A stretch of DNA of 55,367 bases, filler included, from Jimgerdemannia flammicorona (Eukaryota), in assembly GCA_003990765.1 (NCBI GenBank). It is 2 parts of 2 records of this genome, joined end to end, with 100 filler letters (N's around TTAATTAATTAA, not from the genome) between each part and the next. Parts side by side here need not be neighbours in the genome. Positions count along the whole stretch, not along the records: positions 27,738 to 55,367 come from RBNJ01000617.1; 1 more part is not named here. One strand, 5' to 3'. Positions 49,511 to 55,367 of this stretch are shown here, piece after piece (the stretch's first letter is position 1; each line of letters begins with the position of its first letter). Under the pieces are notes generated by a model. It had not been told where the DNA came from, ran no database searches, and saw nothing but the letters and a program-made list of their open reading frames with translations. A program made the position numbers and the translations under genes.

Positions 49511-52500
49511 CATCTCTCTCCACTACAATTCACATTACACATACTTTATAACATACTTTCAAATCATTTATTGGAGAAAGATATTAAGAAGATATCAAGC
49601 AGCAAGCAAGCCGATGTGTATACTAGGTCAGGGGGACCTGGGGCCTTCAACTGGCAGTATGTCGGAAGAGGGTATGGGCTGGAGATGGGGTCTTTTGGTG
49701 GCTCAAGTGAACTGGGCAGCTTGGGTAGTAGAGGTGGCACTGGTGGGGGGGCTGGAGGGTGGTAGAGGAGGAGCTTTGCAGATACACTGAGGACTGGGGG
49801 TTGGCTGATGGGAGCCCACAGTGGAGGGAAGGGGAAGCAGAAGGCTGGGGATGCTGGGGGAGCTATGCCTTCGCTGGTGGGGGGTGGGGGAAGTGGAGTG
49901 ACTGCTGGGGGTAGAGGCAGGACTGCTGATAGTAGCATGACAGTGAATCAGGAAAAAAAAAGAGATGTGACAGCTGATGGCCAGGGGGGGCAGGGGTTCC
50001 CGATGCAGAAAGGGGACCTGGCAGATGGTGTAATGGGACTAGCAGTGGCCCCATTGCTCAAGAAGTTGATCTCGGAGTTCGTGGCTACCTTGTGCTTCTG
50101 GGGCTTGGCAGTAACAGTGAGGATGGTCCTGGGGCTTATTTCGAAGCAGGTGGCTGGGGTGGCCTCGGTGAAGTTCTTGAAGGGTCTGGAGGGGGTTGAG
50201 GTAGGCTTTGAGGAGGCGGGCCCACTGGATGAGGCCATGAAGACTGGAGTAGTGGTTGGAGAGATGGTGGTCCCTATGGTACACTGCTTGAGGTGAGACC
50301 CCAGGGTGGTGCAGCTTCTGGTGAGGGAGGTGCCCATGGTGACTAAGGAGGAGACTAGGAGGAGGGTAGAGGAGGTGATGATAGAGTATGGTGACATAGT
50401 GGACATTGGCTTTCAGTTGTAAGAGGGGACAATATTCAGAATGGGTGATGTCGATGTCAGGATTCAGCTGGCAGGGAAGGAGGCCACAGAGAAGATGAGT
50501 GACTGGCTCTTGGTGCTGATATGGGGGGCCTTCATCTGTAAGGTTTCGAGGGTAAAAGGAGTGAAGAGGAGGAGGAGGACTTGTTGGAGGCACTGGAAGA
50601 GTTGAGTGGTGCTGTGGAGTGGAGGGCGAAAGCCTGGAAGCTGTATGAGGAGTCAATACATCTGGAGGTTGTGGATAGGAAGCATATCTGTACTGACAGG
50701 AAGCAGTGGGAGCAGGCCCAGGGATGCAAGGGACAGAGGGAGCTGTTGGCAAGTATGACAGCAGAGGTAGAGAAGAAGTTGATTGGAGCTGAGGAGTCTG
50801 GAGGCATCAAAGCCAGTGTCTGGGCTAGTAAAGGAGGAGGTAAATGAGGCAGGGGCAGGGAAGATGCTGGACAAGAATCCATTTGCTGATGGTACCTTTG
50901 AAGTTTGGGAGCCAGAGTTGGATGCCACCCCTCCCCCACTTATCAGGAGGGGCCCAGCTGAGAAGAGAGGGGTGACAGAGGATATACTGATGCAGGGGGC
51001 CCAGCAAGTGCACTTTGGGGTCCCTGATGTTATGAAAGGGGGCCAGGTCATGGCAGTTGGTGAGGACGAGTTGGTGGATGTCCCTGAGGAGGAGTGGGAT
51101 GAGGCTGCCAGTGTAGAGCTAATACCACAATATTGGATGCAGGGTGGCCAGGGACTCCAGGAGGGAAGGAAGTGGGGAACCTGCTGTGGATGAGTAAGGT
51201 GATGGATAACCTCATAGCTGAGGAGTTGAGAGAGGTGGACCTGTGTGTAATGCCTGAGGAGTAGTAGGCAAGGATTTTGCACAGTAATGGGGTGGTGGAG
51301 GTACTGAAGGTAGAGATTCTGGCAATTTTCATAGAGGAGGAGGGATATGAGGTTGATAGGGTGTGAGAGGAGGAGTTGGCAGTTGTTGCTGGTGAGAGGG
51401 CTGCCTACTGTTGGGCAGAGCATCATGGTTTGCAGCTCTGGCAGGAGGCCTGTCTGAAGTATCATGAGGACTTTGAGGAGAGAGAGGATGGGGCGATGGC
51501 TGAACTTCTGGGAGGGTTGGAGGCACAGGAGGCTGAGAAGAAAGAACTTGCAGCTGAATGAGTTCTGGACTTGGCACAGGAGGAGTTGAATGTGGACCTG
51601 TAGAGGATGTGAGCAATATCTAACATTATTTTCTATGAGCAGTACAACCAACATTTTTTCTTTGAATGTGAATGGGTTAAGGGGTTCTGGGTGGCATAAG
51701 AACATTTTTACTTAGGTCAAGGAATTGGAGGCTGATCTCTTCTTACTAGAGGATGTCTGGTGTGAGGATGAGGATGATCAAGTAGAGTGAACTAGAGAAT
51801 GGGGTGGGGCTACTGCTTGGTTTGGCAAAGTGGTGATCCTGGTGAAGAAGAGTAGAGGAGACCTGGGGGGTATCAGGAACTGGGGTGACAGATTGGTCTG
51901 GGGAGATTGGATTCAGCCTGGGTGGGAATCAGTGAGGGTTGGCTCCTGTTACTGCCCAGCAATAAGGAGTGAGAGGATTATATGGATTGAGGAGTTGCTG
52001 GAGGAGGGGATTCTCTTGGAGGAAGGAGTGGATATTCTGGGTGGAGATTTTAATATGGTTTGGGATTTGCATCTTGATAGAACTAATGGAGAGAGAAATG
52101 CAGGTGGGAGGAGTGGTGGCCTGGAGGCATGGGAGGAGGTGGAGAATCTTAGTGCCTTAGGGGATATGGGCAGAACATGGTGGGGCAATACCAGGGTCTA
52201 TACACATTGAGTGAATGGCTTAGGTATGAGGATTGACTGGATACTGATGGCTGAATGCTGGGGTACTGATGTTTGGAAGACTTTGGAGGTGGAGTGGTGC
52301 CCATGATCTGATCACTGGGGTCTGTTGGGGCAGGGGCAGTTTGGGGGGAGTGGAGATGGACCTGGACATTGGCACCTTAACTCCTCCCTGCTGGCTGAGA
52401 AGGGGTTGTGGGACTCATGGGTGGAGGATGTTCAGGAGAAGGTTCCTATGTGGAGGCATGAGGGTTTGTCTGTGGGTGTCCAGTGGATATGGTTGAAGGA

Positions 52501-55367
52501 GGCTGCAAGGATTTATTGGAGTAGAGCTGGTAGAGAGGCTGGGAGACAGAGGAGAAGGCAAATACAGTGTGCTTCAAATAGGCTCATGAGATTGCAGATG
52601 GAATGGGCAGACTTGCTTTCCTCTGTGGAGATGGATGATTGGAGGTTAGAGCAGGTGAAATTGGAGGTTGTCAAACTGCAATAGGTGTTGAGGGAGGAGG
52701 AAGAGATTCATATGCGAGGATGGCTGCCAGGCTATGGTGGCAGGCACTAGAGGAGGGGGAGCGGCCTACTAGGTACTTGTCTAGGCTCCTCAAAGCTAGA
52801 AGGGTGTGACATCAGTAGGATGGAGTCTTGAATGCTGGAGGAGATATGGTACATGGTATACAACAGATCTTAGGGGTATTGAAGGAGAGTTGGCAGGGGC
52901 TGTGGAGTGAGGAAGAAGGGGGTGTAGAGGAAGAGGCAATTGGTGATGCTCTGGAAGAGTGGGAGCTACTGCAGGTGGAGAGACTGAGTGATCTGATCTT
53001 ACCAGTCCAAGAGGAGGAGATCCAGGGGGTCCTTGCAGCCACTAAGATTGGGATGGTACCTGGGGAGGATGGGTTGCCTTGGGACTTCTGGAAGAAGATG
53101 GCAAAGGTCCCTGAAGTGTTAGGAGAGATGGCTGCCCTCTGTGACCATGTTCTTCTGAAAGGCAAGTAGGTTGGTGAGCAAGACCTGAGACTGGTGGCCT
53201 TATTGTTTAAAGACAAGGGTAGAAGGGAGGACTGGAAGAACTGGAGGCTGATCATGCTTCTGGAAATAGACAGGAAGTTGGTTACTAAGGTGATTGTTGT
53301 AAGGCTACAGAAGGTTGTTCAACAGATATTGGGTGAGGAGCAGTAGGGCTTTGTAGGAGAGAGACTCATCAGAGATGGGACTGCCTGGGTACATGGCATC
53401 ATAGAAGAGACCCGGGCATGTGGTCTGGATGGTAGGCTGGTATTTCTGGACTAGGAGAAGGCCTATAACCATGTTCAGCAGGTATGGCTAGGCAAGGTGC
53501 TGGATAGAATTGGTGTTCCACAACAGTTTAGGGCTTCTATGTTGAAGTTGTTGGAAGGCAGTAGGGCAGCACTAATGTGCAATAGTCATAGGGGTTTGGC
53601 ATTTTCCTTAGGAAGAGGAGTCCCCCAGGGAGACCTGCTGTCCCCTATTCTTTATGTGCTTTCACTGGAACCTTTGATGGATAGGATCTGGAGGAAGGTG
53701 GCAGGGCTCTCTGTATATAGTATAGTGTGGAAGGTGGAGGCTTTTGTAGATGATATAGTAGTTAGACTTGGATCAGTGGCAGATGCAGAGGTGCTTAAGG
53801 AATTGGTGAAATGGTATGAGGCATGCTCTGGAGCAAAACTCAACTGGCATAAGTGTGAGATGATGGTGTTGGGGAATGGGCTAGCAGGAGGGGACATCAT
53901 TGGAACAATTGTCCCCACAGGAGAGGTGGTGCCGTACCTTGGTATCTTTCTTTCTATATATGGGTCTGCCTTACCCTGAGTATGGTGGGAGAGGAGGGTG
54001 GCTGAATGGGGGGAGGCTCTTCGAGGTTGGGGTGGTCATCACATCTCCCTGGCAGAGAGGGTTTCAATATTGAATGTTTACTGATTCCCCAAGCTGTGGT
54101 ATGTGGCATATCACTTAGACTTTCCTGCCTGGGTGGTGAAGAGGCTGATGAAACTGGCTAGGGATTGGATTTGGGCAGGTAGAAGGTCCCAGATCAGTTG
54201 GGATACTCTGGTAGAGTCCAGGATTAGGGGAGGCCTAGGTCTGGTATATTTCCCTAAACAGCTACACTGTCTGCATGCCTGGTGGTTGAGAAGGGTAGTG
54301 GAGCTGTAGGGAGGAGGTTGGGTACCATTTGATGCAGAGGGTGTGGGAGAAGAGATTCTCCCCTCAAGGGTCCTCAGGCGATTTGCTCTCTCTGGTGGGT
54401 CTGAATGGAAGCCACCAGATGAGGTATAGGGGCTTCTGGTGGGGAGTGATGAATGGAGTGCACCAGATAGGCCTGTGCTGGTGTAGCAATGAGGGGGAGG
54501 TGGTGTGGGGCTCTGCTATGTGGCGATAGGACCTACTGCTTCTTGGGGGGTCTCCACTTACTGATTTTGACATTGGTGATAGAGTGGAGTATCAGTGGGG
54601 ACTTGGCCAGGACCTTTGGCTGAAGAGCTGGCAGACAGTGGAGATTGGTGAGGAGTGGAACTGGGCAGGAATCTGGTCCTGGAGTGCTGAGGTGCAGAGG
54701 TGGCTTCCTCTCAAGTTCTGAGTAGTTTGGTGGAGAATACTACAGAGGAATGTTATGTTGAATTTCCATGCAGGGCATCTGGTGGTTGGTGGTCAACTGG
54801 ATTGTGAGGAGTGTTATGATGTAGGGCATACTAGAGGAATTGTGCAGATGCCAGAACATTGGCTGGGAGAATGTGAGGTGTTGGGGGACTTTTGGATAGC
54901 TATAGAGGACTGGCTGAGTGTAGGAAGGAGGCCAGATGGTGAGAGGGGTCACTGGGAGGATTTGAGATCTAGACTGGTAGGAGGTGTAGGCAATTAGTGG
55001 CTCACATTAGGGTGGGTTATAGCAGTGTGGGTTGGTTTGGCTGGGAATTGGCTCTTTGTTTTTGAGGAAGAACAACAATTAGAGATGCAGGAGAAGTTGT
55101 TGAGGTGGGAGGCTATGGTGGAAGATCTAATGACTGGGTGGTGGATTGGTTGGGGTCTTCAGGGTGGGCGACGTCACTGGCTGGTAGAGGAGATCTGTAA
55201 ATAGAGTGGGGGGCAGGTGGTAATGGTGGGTGACAAAGTGGTATTTTGGCATAAAGAGGTGGGGGGAGGGGGGTCCCCTAGGGGGATCAGATAGGAGTAG
55301 GGCACTGTGTATTATATAGAGGATAGACAGGAGTATTAATAAAGAATAGAGTCCAAGTGACTATAAA
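49511..55367 (+). mobile_element. Full-length decayed L1/Tx1-like LINE copy 4
   Basis: ORF1 homologous to copies 1 and 2; ORF2 from 51635; 3' end gtgactataaa identical to the end of copy 1; 5' boundary approximate. Confidence 0.92.
51635..55300 (+). pseudogene. LINE ORF2 (APE endonuclease + reverse transcriptase), disrupted
   Basis: IFSLNVNGL; ILGGDFN; SDH; GPGHWHLNSSLL; PGEDGLP; NWRLIMLL; FLD*EKAY; GRGVPQGDLLSPILY; AFVDD; YLGI. Confidence 0.93.

Overview
Eukaryotic DNA, probably from an early-diverging fungus (Mucoromycota-like; inference). About 85% is nested, decayed transposons carrying directional C>T/G>A damage and almost no CpG. Left half: an old minus-strand chromovirus (Gypsy-A, ~2867-24517) interrupted by a hAT foldback MITE, a complete second chromovirus (Gypsy-B, 5374-13556) and a full-length L1-like LINE (16197-21983). 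Both Gypsy elements carry a dUTPase between gag and protease. Two long solo-LTR-like units (1104-2656 and 8423-10486) each hold a decayed 280-370 codon ORF, and the two ORFs appear homologous. After an assembly spacer (27638-27737) lies a 6.5-kb hAT element with ~3 kb of unexplained cargo. A CpG-intact gene island (~38.0-45.9 kb) encodes a 6-exon SAM/AAA-ATPase/PD-(D/E)xK nuclease protein and a DUF4246-like protein with a degenerate upstream partial duplicate. The window ends in three same-strand LINEs apparently nested in one another. All alignments were made by eye; no searches were run.
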